Source: Macrostomum lignano
Taxonomy: Eukaryota
DNA length: 64,000 nucleotides
NCBI GenBank assembly: GCA_002269645.1
Contig: NIVC01003607.1
Location: forward strand, 24,311-88,310
Reading direction: 5' to 3'
Of the stretch, positions 45,205 to 60,000 are shown piece after piece. A program made the translations under genes and the position numbers. Within the stretch, counting starts at the first letter, position 1. Every line of letters begins with the position of its first letter. A model generated the notes under the pieces. The model saw only the letters and a list, made by a program, of their open reading frames with translations, was not told where the DNA came from and searched no databases.

Positions 45205-47897
45205 ATGCAGTCAAGTGCAATATCCAATATTTCAGGTATGCTTGAATATTACTGCTATTTTCACAGCCTATTTTCTATTTAATAATGAATTTACTTTCAC
45301 CTTTGCCTTTGTATCACCAGACTGGCGCAAGCCATATGCTGAGCGCAACCAGCTGGAAGACCTGCTGCACTCAATCCCAGCGCCAGCGCCCTACACAGTC
45401 TGGCTGCGCTGGTTCGAGCAGGGCACTGCCATCATCAAGGAGACAAACTCGCCAAATGAGCCCAACCAGATGGCACTAGCTACCGCCACCAGGTGGGGAC
45501 TTACAGCTTTATGGTAGAAAGCTAAGGGCTCGTGTTCAGTCTTTTTTATTATATATATCTGAAATTCTGTGAATTCGTGGGATCCGGGATTTTTGTGAAG
45601 CATCTGTGAATGCAGAGTTTGACTCCTGATTTAGGGCTCTTGAATTTTTGTGAATCTGGAAATCTGGGATTTTTTGAATTCGGAAATCTGGGATTTCTTT
45701 GAATTCGGGGATCTGGGATTTCTTTGAATTAGGGAATCTGGGATTTCTTTGAATTCGGGGATCTGGGATTTCTGTAAATTCGAAGATCTGAAACTTCTGT
45801 GAATCATCAGGGATTTTTGTGAATATGGGGGGATCTGGGATTTTTGTGAACTTGGGGATCTGAGACTTCTGTGAATCATCTGTGATTTTTTTGAATTCGG
45901 GGATCTGTTATTTTTGTGAATTTGGGAATCTTTTATTTTTGTGAATTCTGGGATCTGGGATTTCTTGTGAATTGGGAGATCTAGGATTTTTGTGAATTAG
46001 GGTATCTAGGATTTCTATAAATTTGAGGATCTGGGATTTTTGTAAATTTGGGTATGTGTGATCTTGTGAATTCGGGGAGCTGGGACTTTTGGAAATTAGG
46101 GGATGTGGGATTTCTCTATTGGCGCGCTTATACGTGATCGGGAGTCAGCCGAATGGACAGAATTGCCCCAGCGCTGGTAGCGAGGGACAATATCGCCGAA
46201 GACGCTGCTTCAGGGTGCCCACAGCCCCCATGCAATTATTACTATTTAACACTGTCACCATAGCAACAGTACTGCGTCTTCATAATTGTTGTTTTCTTTT
46301 GACCAACATTCAGGGACGGCTGTCCGTCTGTGCGCTACGTGCTGCTGAAGGGCCACGACGAGAGGGGCTTCTATTTCTACACCAACTACAGCAGCCGCAA
46401 AGGCAAGGAGCTGGTGAGTGGCTGCCCAACTTATTTCTTTACAGTATTTGCTCTGCTTGCGTAATCAATTTTCAGATGCTACAAATTAACAGGACATATG
46501 TGTTACAGGTGGTCAGGTGGACACATTGACAATTAGACAGGTGGACACATTGACAATTAGACAGGTGGACACATTGACAATTAGACAGGTGGACACATTG
46601 ATAATTGGACAGGTGGACACATTGACAATTAGACAGGTGGACACATTGACAATTAGACAGGTGGACACATTGATAATTGGACAGGTGGACACATTGACAA
46701 TTAGACAGGTGGACACATTGACAATTAGAACGGTGGACACATTGACAATTAGAACGGTGGACACATTGACAATTAGAACGGTGGACACATTGACAATTAG
46801 AACGGTGGACACATTGATAATTGGACAGGTGGACACATTGATAATTGGACAGGTGGACACATTGACAATTAGACAGGTGGACACATTGACAATTAGAACG
46901 GTGGTCACATTGACAATTAGAACGGTGGACACATTGACAATTAGAACGGTGGACACATTGACAATTAGAACGGTGGACACATTGACAATTAGAACGGTGG
47001 ACACATTGATAATTGGACAAGTGGACACATTGACAATTAGAAAGGTGGACACATTGACAATTAGACAGGTGGACACATTGACAATTAGACAGGTGGACAC
47101 ATTGACAATTAGACAGGTGGACACATTGACAATTAGACAGGTGGACACATTGACAATCAGACAGGTGGACACTCGATTAAACAGGTGGAGACAGATATTT
47201 GACAGTTAGACACATTCATAGTTAGGCAGGTGGACACATTGACAATCAGACAGGTGGACACTCGATTAAACAGGTGGAGACAGATATTTGACAGTTAGAC
47301 ACATTCATAGTTAGACAGGTGGCCACAAACAATTGGGCAGGTGGACATCAAGGACTGCTTAAGTGAAATGACGGAAAACTTCCGTTTCTCAGAAAATCTT
47401 CAGAGGCCTACTCTATACGAATGATACACTACGGAGATAGTATATGTCCTCTGTGCATTTATTCCAATCCGCAGGCGGAGAACCCGCGCGCCAGCCTGTG
47501 CCAGTATTGGCCGGAGCTGAACCGGTCCATCCGCATCGAAGGCCGAGTTGAGCGCACCTCGGCGGAGAACAGCGAGGCCTATTTCCGCAGCCGGCCGCTG
47601 CCCAGCCAGATTGGCGCCGCGGTCAGCCCGCAGAGCCAGGTGGTGCCATCTCGCGATTTCCTCGAGGACCGGCGTCGGGAACTGGACGCCCGGGTTAGCC
47701 AAGGCGAGTCGGTGGCCAGGCCGGAGAGCTGGGGCGGCTACTGCGTGCTGCCGACCAGCTACGAGTTCTGGCAGGGCCAGCGGGACCGCCTGCACGACCG
47801 GGTTCGATTCCGCAGGCGGCAGGACCTCACCGATGAGGAGATGCGGATGGCTCAGCCGGCCGAGGGCGACTGGGTGTGCGAACGGCTCGCTCCGTAA
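45205..47897 (+). CDS. PNPO: Pyridoxine/pyridoxamine 5'-phosphate oxidase, 4 exons
   Basis: Exons 45205-45235, 45321-45492, 46314-46413, 47475-47897. [10 protein letters not shown]|[40 protein letters not shown]|[51 protein letters not shown]. Confidence 0.95.
45545..46110 (+). repeat. Degenerate gggatctgggatttttgtgaattc-type repeat (PNPO intron 2)
   Basis: Imperfect ~24-bp periodicity. Confidence 0.8.
46514..47345 (+). repeat. Minisatellite, 24-bp unit acaggtggacacattgacaattag (PNPO intron 3)
   Basis: Tandem copies; 8-aa repeat ORFs. Confidence 0.95.
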
Positions 47898-50800
47898 GCG
47901 CGACTCGGACTGGCTCAAGTGCATCCGTACTTTTAGAGTACATTTGAACTGATAAAGTGCGTCTCTACTTGTAGAGTACATTTGAAATGGCGAAGTGCAT
48001 CCGTACTTTTAGAGTACATTTGAACTGGTGAAGTGCGTCTGTACTTGCTCATGTATTTGTATTAGTGGTATTTCATTATGTGTGCGCATTAGTTAGAAAT
48101 GAAAGTATTTATAATAAAATAAATAAAAAAGAGCTTGTTGATTTCTTCTTGTCAAGCAATAGATTTTTTTTAGTTTTACCGTTTCCTAGCGTTAGGTCTT
48201 TTTGGTAAATCTCGGCGTATAATTTAGGAGTGCACTTGATGCTAATTTTTGTATTCCAAATTTAACTCGATTGATCGAATTTCTATCTGGTCCATTTAAA
48301 TGCAGATTGCAGCATACACCAATAGTTGATTTCGAGGTTGATTTCTTAGTCCGAAGTTTGCTTAGTACGAGCAATTGTGTATTAGATCTTAATTGATTAA
48401 GTGCATGTATATTGCTACCATTTAAATGAAGCTACCTGGAAATTTATTCTGTTTGCACTCGTTACCTGCCGTTCACTTTCCTTGTCAAGTGGACCTTCTG
48501 CAATGTGCGAAATTAAGATAAACAAAGTAATTAAATATCTGTTAAATGTACTGGCTAGTTATTGTGTGTTTTTATTCATTAGTGTCTAATCTAAGAGTTG
48601 GATTTCAGAATGAAAAAATCAATTTTCTTCATACTTTTATAATGAATTTATGAATTTATTAAGGAGAATTTCTAGTACCTTTCACATGTGAATTTTTGTA
48701 TTTTTTAAATAAATAATGCTCCGAAATATTCGTTATACAATGAAGCTGCGGCTGCGCTGATTTGTCAATTTTTTATTTAAGGATGAAGTTAAAGGCTTGG
48801 TAAATTTTATCTTGTTTTATCTGTTTATTTCTTCTAAAGTGTAGGCTAATGTACCGTCTCATTCGACTACTCGACTAGCATTCACGAAAACGGAGAGGGT
48901 GCAAGAATGGGAAAACGAGCGTCATTTTTTCAGTTGAGTGATGCTGACGTGAAGACAAACTAATATATTGTCAAGAGGTTGTGTCTGAATATATAATCGA
49001 TGAAATCAGTAACAAAACATGTGCATGCACATCTATGTTAGAATTTATTTTCATGAATTATACGAAGCACGTGTATATATATAATTCCCGACAATCCGGT
49101 CGTCCGGAATCAAGGTGCCATTGAGTTCAATAACATTGGATGTGTTAATTTCAACATCGAGGTTTTCATGGACACTAATTAATAAAAAACTATCGTTTTC
49201 CATTTTATCGTTTTTCTTAAATACTTTGGGCCTTTCAAATGACGTACTATTACACCCCTAATGAACCAAGGACTACTAACGAAGTGACTTCAGTGGTCCT
49301 TGTAATGAACATGAAAAAATGAGACGTCTTTTTTGAAGAACAGAATTTTTTGCGTCTTTTAAAAATGCTAGACGATGAATTGGACCAAATACCAAAATTT
49401 TTGGCTCCTGTTTAGAAAAAATGCTGAGACAATACCAGCGTGTTTGTTTTAAAAAGCGCAGTAAGCGAACCCTTAATGTACACTTTTGTTTACCATTGCC
49501 ATTAGTCGTAATAACTTAGGATAAGGAAAAAATCGGATTGATTAGTTTAAAATATTGAAAGTGTTTTCCTTTTACGTTTTAGTTTTATAAAATTGTTTTA
49601 TAAAACATATTTGAAAAAAACGTTTCGTAAATTCGTTTTTAGAAAATGTTTTCATTTTACTGTAGGTTATCGTGTCTCGCGAAATTAGTTGGTAACCATT
49701 CAAAATTTTCCATATAAATCCGATTGGCCCAACGTTGCATGCCTGGAGTTACAATTAATTGTGCAACAGCACTACGAAGTTAACATGAGTATATTTTGCC
49801 CTTTCATGTTCACATTGAACTCTTCATTTTTCTAATATATTTCTGGACAGACTTGAAGTCGCTACTTCAAGATAAAAATGCATATATATAACTTAAACCT
49901 TTAGTCTGCTAGGAAGACCGTGAGCTGATAGTGAAGTTATATTGAATTTTAAACTCATTTAGTTGATAATATTTATAGGCCTATAGTTAAATTCTGTCTA
50001 TATTTACATGTATATTAATATGCCATTTTGCTACTAAGTACTACAAGACCAGGGCTTAGTTATAATTATAATTTAATAAAAAATAAATTTATCCTAGCCC
50101 TAGGTCTCAGAATTGTTTATATCTAGATATTAAAAAGGCTATGCCTATGTTCTATAGATTTTTTTTTACTATAATAAAGTTTTCCAGATAAAAAATTTAC
50201 TTGCATTACTGTATATATTGCAATTCATACTAGTATTGTAATATTTTTGAAACCATTATATATTTGTTAAGTATTCACATTTCTAATCTATTTAAGTCAT
50301 TGCTATGCCATTCATGTAAAAATGGTGTAATTTTCTATGACTATGGGTTTGTTGCTTCATTAAAATATTTTGTTAAATTTATCTAATAAAATTGTTTTCT
50401 ATATTTTACTTATTATTTATTTTCTATTATAAAACTAAGCAAAAATAATATTACAATTATATATAAATATATATTTTATATAAATCTAAATATAACACTT
50501 TTATTATCTAGAATAAGACTAGATAAAATAATTTTCTTGCTCTAGGCTTGAGAGAATTGTCTATTCTATTTACTACTATGGCTAATATACATTTACTAAT
50601 TGGATAGATTTTTACTTATTAATTAGATATCTAAACAAAAATGCTATATATAGCATGATATATACTGGCTTAGTATAGCAAAAGAAGAAAACCATATTAT
50701 AATATGGTACTAGATAACTTAATAAATAAGTTGATATATTGTTTTTTGCAATTGAAGCTATATATCATATAGTATAAAATTTTTTATTTTAAATGTAATT

Positions 50801-51096
50801 AGGTTATTTGGTTTTTTATACAAAGTTGTCATATTTCACAACATTTGAAAGCTTTTGGGTTGATATATTTTGCAAGGAAATTCTCAATTTAGCAGTATAG
50901 TAAGTCAAAACAAGTTTTAGTAATAGAAAACATTTTTAGTATATTGGATTGGTTGAATTTAATTGTATCAAGATATGTATACCTGATCAGCTTATACTTG
51001 AATATGTTTTTTATATGTTTTATTACAGAAACTAACAAAGTGCTTTATTAAATATGACTTGTTTTAGTAGAAAATATTTTAGTGTACTAATAAATA

Positions 51097-54000
51097 ATGG
51101 AATCCCAATCTTCCTGCCTCAGCTGTGAATCAGCTGTTGCAAAAATTGCTAAAGCAGAAATCAAGCAAGTTCCAATGTCTGAATCAGCCGATCTCGAGGC
51201 TGGAGTGGCCAACCTGGCCGTGGACTGTCCAGAGCAGGCGGACCGAGTTGGCAAGTGGCTGGCCCGCAATGACCGGTTCTGCCGCCGCTCTCCGACTGCC
51301 AGCAGCACCGCCCGCGAGGAGGCCGCCTCTGACGACAGCGGCCGGCCATCCAGCGTGGACACTGACGCCGCGGCCAGCCCGCGCCAGCAGCAGCAGAAGC
51401 AGCAGCAGCAAAAGCAACAGTCAGCAATTGCTGCCAAGAACCCCGGCGAACCGTCCTCATTAGCAACTGTTGCTAACCAGGACCAACGTGCTAGATTGAT
51501 TGTCCGCGGCGCCTCGCCCGTGCCTGGCGACGAGAACGATATTGTGCACCAGTTCCTCATCCCCAACAAGCTGGGCGGCTCCATGGTCGGCACCCGCGGC
51601 CGCAACATCAACTACATCCGGGCCAAGTCGGGTGCCTCCGTCTGGATCAGCCGGAACTTCTTTGACAAGAAGACGCAGGTTGTCAATGTGCGAGGTGAGG
51701 CGGTGAGCTGGAGATACAAACGGGTAGCCCTTCAGTTTGCACTCTTCAATTTGCACTCTTCAATTTGCACTCTTCAATTTGCACTCTTCAATTTGCACTC
51801 TTCAATTTGCACTCTTCAATTTTCGCTCTTCAGTTTGCACTCTTCAATTTGCACTCTTCAATTTTCGCTCTTCAATTTGCACTCTTCAATTTGCACTCTT
51901 CAATTTGCACTCTTCAGTGTGCAGCCTTTAGTTTGCACCCTACGAGTTGCACCCTTCAGTCTGCACCTTCAACTGGCACCGAAAATGCAATAAAGGCCTC
52001 AAAACGGCACCAAGATACACATAATTATGGCCTTAAGAACATGTCTAGTTGCGCACTTTTACAAAGACAAACCCCTGCCTCATCGCCTCGAGATCTGACT
52101 AACTAATTAAAATGTATTTTGCTTCCCTTTTGCTCTGTGAGATTAGCCTTTTTGTCTGATCTGAAAGCAAGAAGCTTCAGCGCGGTGAATCCTTCAGTTT
52201 CTAAATTGAACTGGGCTTCAGCTCCTGTCCTGAGCTGCTTCTAAAAGCTGAGCTCTGCCTAATCATTGCCCCGCAGGCCCCGTGAACTGCGTGAAGATCG
52301 CGCTGCAGGTGATCAAGAAGCGCTTTCCCGAGCTGGACGTGAAGCCGATCAACACCGCCGTGCCCATTCAGCGCAACCCGGCGCTGCAGCCCACCATGTG
52401 CCAGGTACGTAGGTTGTTTTAGTTGCAGTCTGCTGCATCTGTTTGACCTCAAGTGACCTCAGTTAACCTCCGTGTCTTTGGGAATGCCCGATTGAAAATA
52501 AATATTCATGTCATGCTAGTCATGAGGATGCAGAATTTCACTGCCTTCCTGTTCCTCATCTGTCTCTTGGCCGTCTCCCCCAGCATCCACTCCATGCCTG
52601 TCGCCTATTGTATTGCCCAAATTCCCATTGTTCACATTCTCTTTTTCTGAATCGGCTCTCTGCATCACTGAGTCTTGGCACCCGCCTGATAATAGTCCCA
52701 TTGTAATTTTCTATACATATCGGTAGATGAGATAATAGTCCCATTGTAATTTTCTATACATATCGGTAGATGAGATAATAGTCCCATTGTAATTTTCTAT
52801 ACATATCGGTAGATGAGATAATAGTCCCATTGTCATTTTCTATACATATCGGTAGATGAGATAATAGTCCCATTGTCATTTTCTATACATATCGGTAGAT
52901 GAGATAATAGTCCCATTGTAATTTTCTATACATATCGGTAGATGAGATAATAGTCCCATTGTCATTTTCTATACATATCGGTAGATGAGATAATAGTCCC
53001 ATTGTCATTTTCTATACATATCGGTAGATGAGATAATAGTCCCATTGTAATTTTCTATACATATCGGTAGATGAGATAATAGTCCCATTGTAATTTTCTA
53101 TACATATCGGTAGATGAGATAATAGTCCCATTGTCATTTTCTATACATATCGGTAGATGAGATAATAGTCCCATTGTCATTTTCTATACATATCGGTAGA
53201 TGAGATAATAGTCCCATTGTCATTTTCTATACATATCGGTAGATGAGATAATAGTCCCATTGTCATTTTCTATACATATCGGTAGATGAGATAATAGTCC
53301 CATTGTAATTTTCTATACATATCGGTAGATGAGATAATAGTCCCATTGTCATTTTCTATACATATCGGTAGATGAGATAATAGTCCCATTGTCATTTTCT
53401 ATACATATCGGTAGATGAGATAATAGTCCCATTGTCATTTTCTATACATATCGGTAGATGAGATAATAGTCCCATTGTCATTTTCTATACATATCGGTAG
53501 ATGAGATAATAGTCCCATTGTCATTTTCTATACATATCGGTAGATGAAATAATAGTCCCATTGTAATTTTCTATACATATCGGTAGCTAAATCAGAAGCG
53601 CCTGTCTAGTCACGAGAGCCGGCCACCCCTCCCCACTTCTGGAAAATTCCACGCCGCAGAGAAACGTTTTGGGCGCCGGGCGGTGACCTCTTCTTTCTTC
53701 TCTGACCTAAAAATAGCATTTCTAGCAAAACAGCTCGCACTTCTCTCAAGTAAATTTTGAAAAAAATTAAGTTGGAAACTTCAAGGTGAGCCCCTCACAG
53801 CCCCGCTATCCTATCTCGCATTGTTTTTCTCTCCGTTGCTTTCTTATATGCTCGAGAATTGCTGAAAAAACCCTGCTTTGACTTGGCTGGTTCGGCGTCA
53901 TGTGACTCTGGGGTGCCTTGTGTTGTTTTTTTGTACTGCCAGAGCGCAGCCCCCCCCCTGCCCGTTCATTAAGAGTTTAGACTCGCCCGACTGTTAAAGT

Positions 54001-57000
54001 AGCCAGAGTTTATCTCATTTGCTGGTCCTCAGGAATAGCTGATAATCTAGAATAGCTGACAGTCTAGAATAGCTGACAGTCTAGAATAGCTGACAGTCTA
54101 GAATAGCTGACAGTCTGGAATAGCTGACAGTCTGGAATAGCTGACAGTCTGGAATAGCTGACAGTCTAGAATAGCTGACAGTCTGGAATAGCTGACAGTC
54201 TAGAATAGCTGACAGTCTGGAATAGCTGACAGTCTAGAATAGCTGACAGTCTAGAATAGCTGACAGTCTAGAATAGCTGACAGTCTGGAATAGCTGACAG
54301 TCTAGAATAGCTGACAGTCTGGAATAGCTGACAGTCTGGAATAGCTGACAGTCTAGAATAGCTGACAGTCTAGAATAGCTGACAGTCTAGAATAGCTGAC
54401 AGTCTAGAATAGCTGACAGTCTAGAATAGCTGACAGTCTAGAATAGCTGACAGTCTGGAATAGCTGACAGTCTGGAATAGCTGACAGTCTGGAATAGCTG
54501 ACAGTCTAGAATAGCTGACAGTCTGGAATAGCTGACAGTCTAGAATAGCTGACAGTCTGGAATAGCTGACAGTCTAGAATAGCTGACAGTCTAGAATAGC
54601 TGACAGTCTAGAATAGCTGACAGTCTGGAATAGCTGACAGTCTAGAATAGCTGACAGTCTGGAATAGCTGACAGTCTGGAATAGCTGACAGTCTAGAATA
54701 GCTGACAGTCTAGAATAGCTGACAGTCTAGAATAGCTGACAGTCTGGAATAGCTGACAGTCTAGAATAGCTGACAGTCTGGAATAGCTGACAGTCTAGAA
54801 TAGCTGACAGTCTGGAATAGCTGACAATCTGGAATAGCTGACAGTCTGGAATAGCTGACAATCTGGAATAGCTGACAGTCTAGAATAGCTGACAGTCTGG
54901 AATAGCTGACAGTCTGGAATAGCTGACAATCTGGAATAGCTGACTGTCTGGAATAGCTGACTGTCTGGAATAGCTGACTGTCTGGAATAGCTGACAGTCT
55001 AGAATAGCTGACAATCTGGAATAGCTGACAGTCTGGAATAGCTGACAGTCTAGAATAGCTGACAGTCTGGAATAGCTGACAGTCTGGAATAGCTGACAGT
55101 CTGGAATAGCTGACAGTCTGGAATAGCTGACAGTCTGGAATAGCTGACAGTCTGGAATAGCTGACAGTCTGGAATAGCTGACAGTCTGGAATAGCTGACA
55201 GTCTGGAATAGCTGACAGTCTGGAATAGCAGATTTCTGTTTCAAAGACATATTTATGCAAGTTTCAGGCAGACTGAGGGTGTGGCTAATGTTGTTGGGCG
55301 GTCTCTCCTTTGAAGTTTTATTTTTCCCGTCGATAAATATTTTTTGCTAATTTAGCCTAGCGGGAGCGAATGCGTTTTACAGTCACGAATGCTGCTGGAA
55401 GGTCACGGCTGCGGTTTACGGGGAGGGGGGTTCTGAGCTTTGATTCACTTCCTGGAATTGAAGCAATGGATGCAGCAGCTTGTGAGCTCTATTGGGGGGG
55501 GGGGTCACGCTTTTGAGCTTACTCATGAGGTCAATTTTTCATAGAGTAAGACGCGGTTGGCTCTCGATTGTGTCCTGGGTTCGATTCTACATTATTTTAT
55601 TTCGCGCGATTTGCGCTTATGTGAGTCAACCCACATGGCAGAGTTGTGCATTGCAGCAGAATTTTCAGAAATTGGGTTGCTGGCCCGCACGCTTGCTATC
55701 GGCTCTTGTCTGGGCGGTCTCACCTTTCTGTCCCGGTTGCCTTCCGTGAACTGGGAGACAACCTTATGCCTTTATGGGGATTTGAGAAAAATTGGCATTT
55801 CAAAATCGCTAGCGTTTTATTGAGATCGGGGAGGAGGAGCCGGTTGCGCCTGTCAGCTGACTCGGGGCTCCGTATGCTGGCCTGGAGTCGGGGGGAGGGG
55901 TAGCGCCCAGCCATTCTCTGCCATGGAGTGCTAGAATGCAGCATCTGGAGTGGAAACCAGCGCTGAGGTAATTCTGCGGCCATTCCGGTGACTCCTGAGT
56001 ACACACCGCGTACGGAATCGAACCCTGGCCCGAGAGTCACACGCCCTTACCGCTGAACTGCTCCGCCCCCACCCTCCCGCGGACCAGTTACAACGAAGGT
56101 CGTTTTGTTTCTTTGAGTCCAGCATCATCTTTTGGTCGATTAAAAAACTGGGGATTCCGAGAAAAGAAGTTTTCAAGCCGGTCGCAGTCTTTGTAGTCTG
56201 CAGCAAAATCTGTTATGTCGCATTGCTCAGTGTTAAACAGAGCTGCACCGCTCTGGCCCTGTTTATGTGGTCATTTTTATGAGAGGAAAGTTTCAATATG
56301 CAGAGACAGAACGGAGAGACAGGGCGCTCTCTCATTTTGTAGTGTAAAGTGAAGTGTTTCTGTCTGTCTGCTGCCAGTGTGGAGCTCCCACAGCCGCCAG
56401 AACTCTCCGATCCAGGCACTGAGCACTCGGCTTGCCCTCGCGCAGCTGGCCCGAGCTCAAGTTTGCTGTTTGAATTTCCTTTTCTGTCTGTATTTGGCCT
56501 CCCTCCCCCGGTGACCTCCCCCGCTGTAAAAGGTTTTGCTTGCCCCGGGATTCACTAACTAACCCGGTGCTGCGTCTGCGAAAGTTTTCTCCTGTGCCTA
56601 TCGGCTTGCGTTCTGCTGGGGGGGGGTCTGCAGGAACTTTCATTTCAATAATTTTGCTTTCATTATGTGCATTATAATGTCAGCTTTTCCTCTCTGTCCA
56701 AGTAATTAACTGTCTGCTGCTTTGCAAAATATTGTAAGAGAATTAATAACTTTTGCCAGGAACTGCACTGGCTGGGCGTAGGCTAGAGAATACTTTGGTG
56801 TCTGCGAGCACTCTGACTTGGGTTCGCAAACTACAAAGCATACTGAGTGCAGAGCAAGACTTGATACAGCTCTGTCTGCACAGGTGAATGTGGGTGAAGA
56901 ATGGGTCTGTCTGCACAGGTGAATGTGGGTGAAGAATGGGTCTGTCTGCACAGGTGAATGTGGGTGAAGAATGGGTCTGTCTGCACAGGTGAATGTGGGT

Positions 57001-60000
57001 GAAGAATGGGTCTGTCTGCACAGGTGAATGTGGGTGAAGAATGGGTCTGTCTGCACAGGTGAATGTGGGTGAAGAATGGGTCTGTCTGCACAGGTGAATG
57101 TGGGTGAAGAATGGGTCTGTCTGCACAGGTGAATGTGGGTGAAGAATGGGTCTGTCTGCACAGGTGAGTGTGGGTGAAGATGAAGAATGGGTCTGTCTGC
57201 ACAGGTGAATGTGGGTAAAGAATGGGTCTGTCTGCACAGGTGAGTGTGGGTGAAGATGAAGAATGGGTCTGTCTGCACAGGTGAATGTGGGTGAAGAATG
57301 GGTCTGTCTGCACAGGTGAATGTGGGTGAAGAATTGGTCTGTCTGCACAGGTGAATGTGGGTGAAGAATGGGTCTGTCTGCACAGGTGAATGTGGGTGAA
57401 GAATGGGTCTGTCTGCGCAAGTGAATGTGGGTGAAGAATGGGTCTCCCAGTGCAGAGCAAGACTTGATGCAGATGAAGAATGAATGCAGAGGTGAATCTG
57501 CATTCAGAGGTGATGAAGAATGAAAGCAGAGAAGAATGAATGCAGAGTGCCTTCAATGCACAGGTGAATGCAGATGCTCTGTCTGCACAGGTGAATGTGG
57601 GTAAAGAATGGGTCTCTCAGTGCAGAGCAAGACTTGATGCAGCTAGGCTGACTGTATCGAGTATTTTATCGCGTGACTCTTACGCTCGTAGTAGCGTTTT
57701 ATATTGCCCTGTCTTATCCCTGTCGATCAAAGTTTGGGATATCAGCGCCATACGGACTGAAACTCGAAGCCTCTACTGCCGGGTGGTCTTTATTTATTCA
57801 GCAGTCCATGGCTTTAGTGGCCCGTGAGTTTGCTATATGCTCCAGGATTGGAGAGCCATCGGCTGCATAAGAACTTCCAGTCAGTGCGGGGGAGGCGTGC
57901 GAACAAAACCAAGGCAGCGCAGGTTCTGTGTGCCCAGTCGGCCAGGTGGGAGGGAGGGGGGCCAGGCAGTGTCTGGCAGATCTCGCACTCCATTGTAGCT
58001 TCTGCTAATAGACTACTTTTTCTGGGGGTAAACAGCCGATAAGATAGAATGGAAACTCGTTCCAGTTTGCTGTGTATTTTAATCTGCAGAAATCGATAGC
58101 AGGTCTGTTCGGTTAGGTACAGTACGGCTTCTGCTCTGCAGTTCAATGCGGCCAAGTTCTGTTCATATCAGCCTTGCGGCTTGACCCACGTGTTTAGCGC
58201 TGGATTGCTAGCCGGGCTTGACCTTCACCTTCCTAAGTCTGATAGTCTTCCTACACTTTAAATGCTGTCAACAAGCTTTTTGTTATCTCAAATTTGAAGG
58301 CACCTTTGATCACTGGTCTGGTCGTTTGTTTGGTCACAGAGAATTCACATGCCACTTGGATCATTTCAAGTTGATTAGATCACCGACAACAGACAGAGTC
58401 ACCGGTTGGGTCACTGGTCACTTGGTTGGATCACTGGTCACTTGGTTGGGTCACTGGCCACTTGGTTGGATCACTGGTCACTTGGTTGGGTCACTGGTCA
58501 CTTGGTTGGGTCACTGGTCACTTGGTTGGGTCACAGACATCAGGTGATTAGTCACTTGGTTGGGTCACTGACATCGAGTCACTGGTCACTTGGTTGGGTC
58601 ACTGAAATCGGGTCACTGGTCACTTGGTTGGGTCACTGAAATCGGGTCACTGGTCACTTGGTTGGGTCACTGAAATCGGGTCACTGGTCACTTGGTTGGG
58701 TCACTGGTCACTTGGTTGGGTCACTGACCTCTGGTCACTGGAACTGGATCACTAAACCGCTTTCTAACCGCTGACCCCGCCGCTGTCTCCAGCTGAACCT
58801 TCCAGTCGGTGCCCTGGTGGACGTGATCGTGTGCGCCATGTGCCGGGGCACCACCCTGTTCATGCAGCAGCCGACTCACCCCAGCTTCCACCACCTGGAG
58901 AAGATGGATTTCTCCATCCAGAAGCACTACGCCGACCAGGCCGCCGTGCCCTCGCTGCCCCGCCCGGTGAACCCCGGCGCCGTCTGCGTGGCGCCGTTCG
59001 GCTCCGCTTGGCACCGGGCGATCATCGCCGATGTGTTCCCGGAGGACGACATGGTGCTGATGAAGTACCTGGACTGGGGCGGCTACGAAAGGATGCCAGT
59101 CAGCTGCCTGAAGCAGATCCGGTGAGAGCAGTGACACCGTCTATCCCCAGCTCGAATCCCCATTCCCAGCTGGAATCCCCATTCCCAGCTGGAATCCCCA
59201 TTCCCAGCTGGAATCCCCGTTCCCAGCTCGAATCCCCATTCCCAGCTCGAATCCCCCTTCCCAGCTGGAATCCCCATCCCAAGCTCGAATCCCCATTCCC
59301 AGCTGGAATCCCCCTTCCCAGCTGGAATCCCCATTCCCAGCTGGAATCCCCATCCCCAGCTCAAATCCCCATTCCCAGCTGGAATCCCCATTCCCAACTG
59401 AAATCCCCATTCCCAGCTGGAATCCCCATTCCCAACTGAAATCCCCATCCCCAGCTCAAATCCCCATTCCCAGCTGGAATCCCCATTCCCAACTGAAATC
59501 CCCATTCCCAGCTGGAATCCCCATTCCCAACTGAAATCCCCATCCCCAGCTCAAATCCCCATTCCCAGCTGGAATCCCCATCCCCAGCTCAAATCCCCAT
59601 TCCCAGCTCGAATCCCCTTCCCAGCTGGAATCCCCATCCCAAGCTGGAATCCCCCTTCCCAGCTGGAATCCCCATTCCCAACTGAAATCCCCATCCCCAG
59701 CTCAAATCCCCATCCCAGCTGGAATCCCCATTCCCAACTGAAATCCCCATTCCCAGCTGGAATCCCCATTCCCAACTGAAATCCCCATCCCCAGCTCAAA
59801 TCCCCATTCCCAGCTGGAATCCCCATTCCCAGCTTGAATCCCCAGCCAATTATTATTTAAAATCCTCATTCGATTCCCTTTTTGCAATTGAAATTCAATC
59901 CCAATTTCATCCTCTACTCAAATCCCCAATATCTGCAGTCGATTGAAATCCCCTCTCTCCAATAACAGCCGCAGCTATTTTATCAATTAATCCCCGTAGC

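Noticed and set aside
55545-55590. Isolated B-box-like gggttcgattct
   Set aside because: No convincing A box or tRNA fold.
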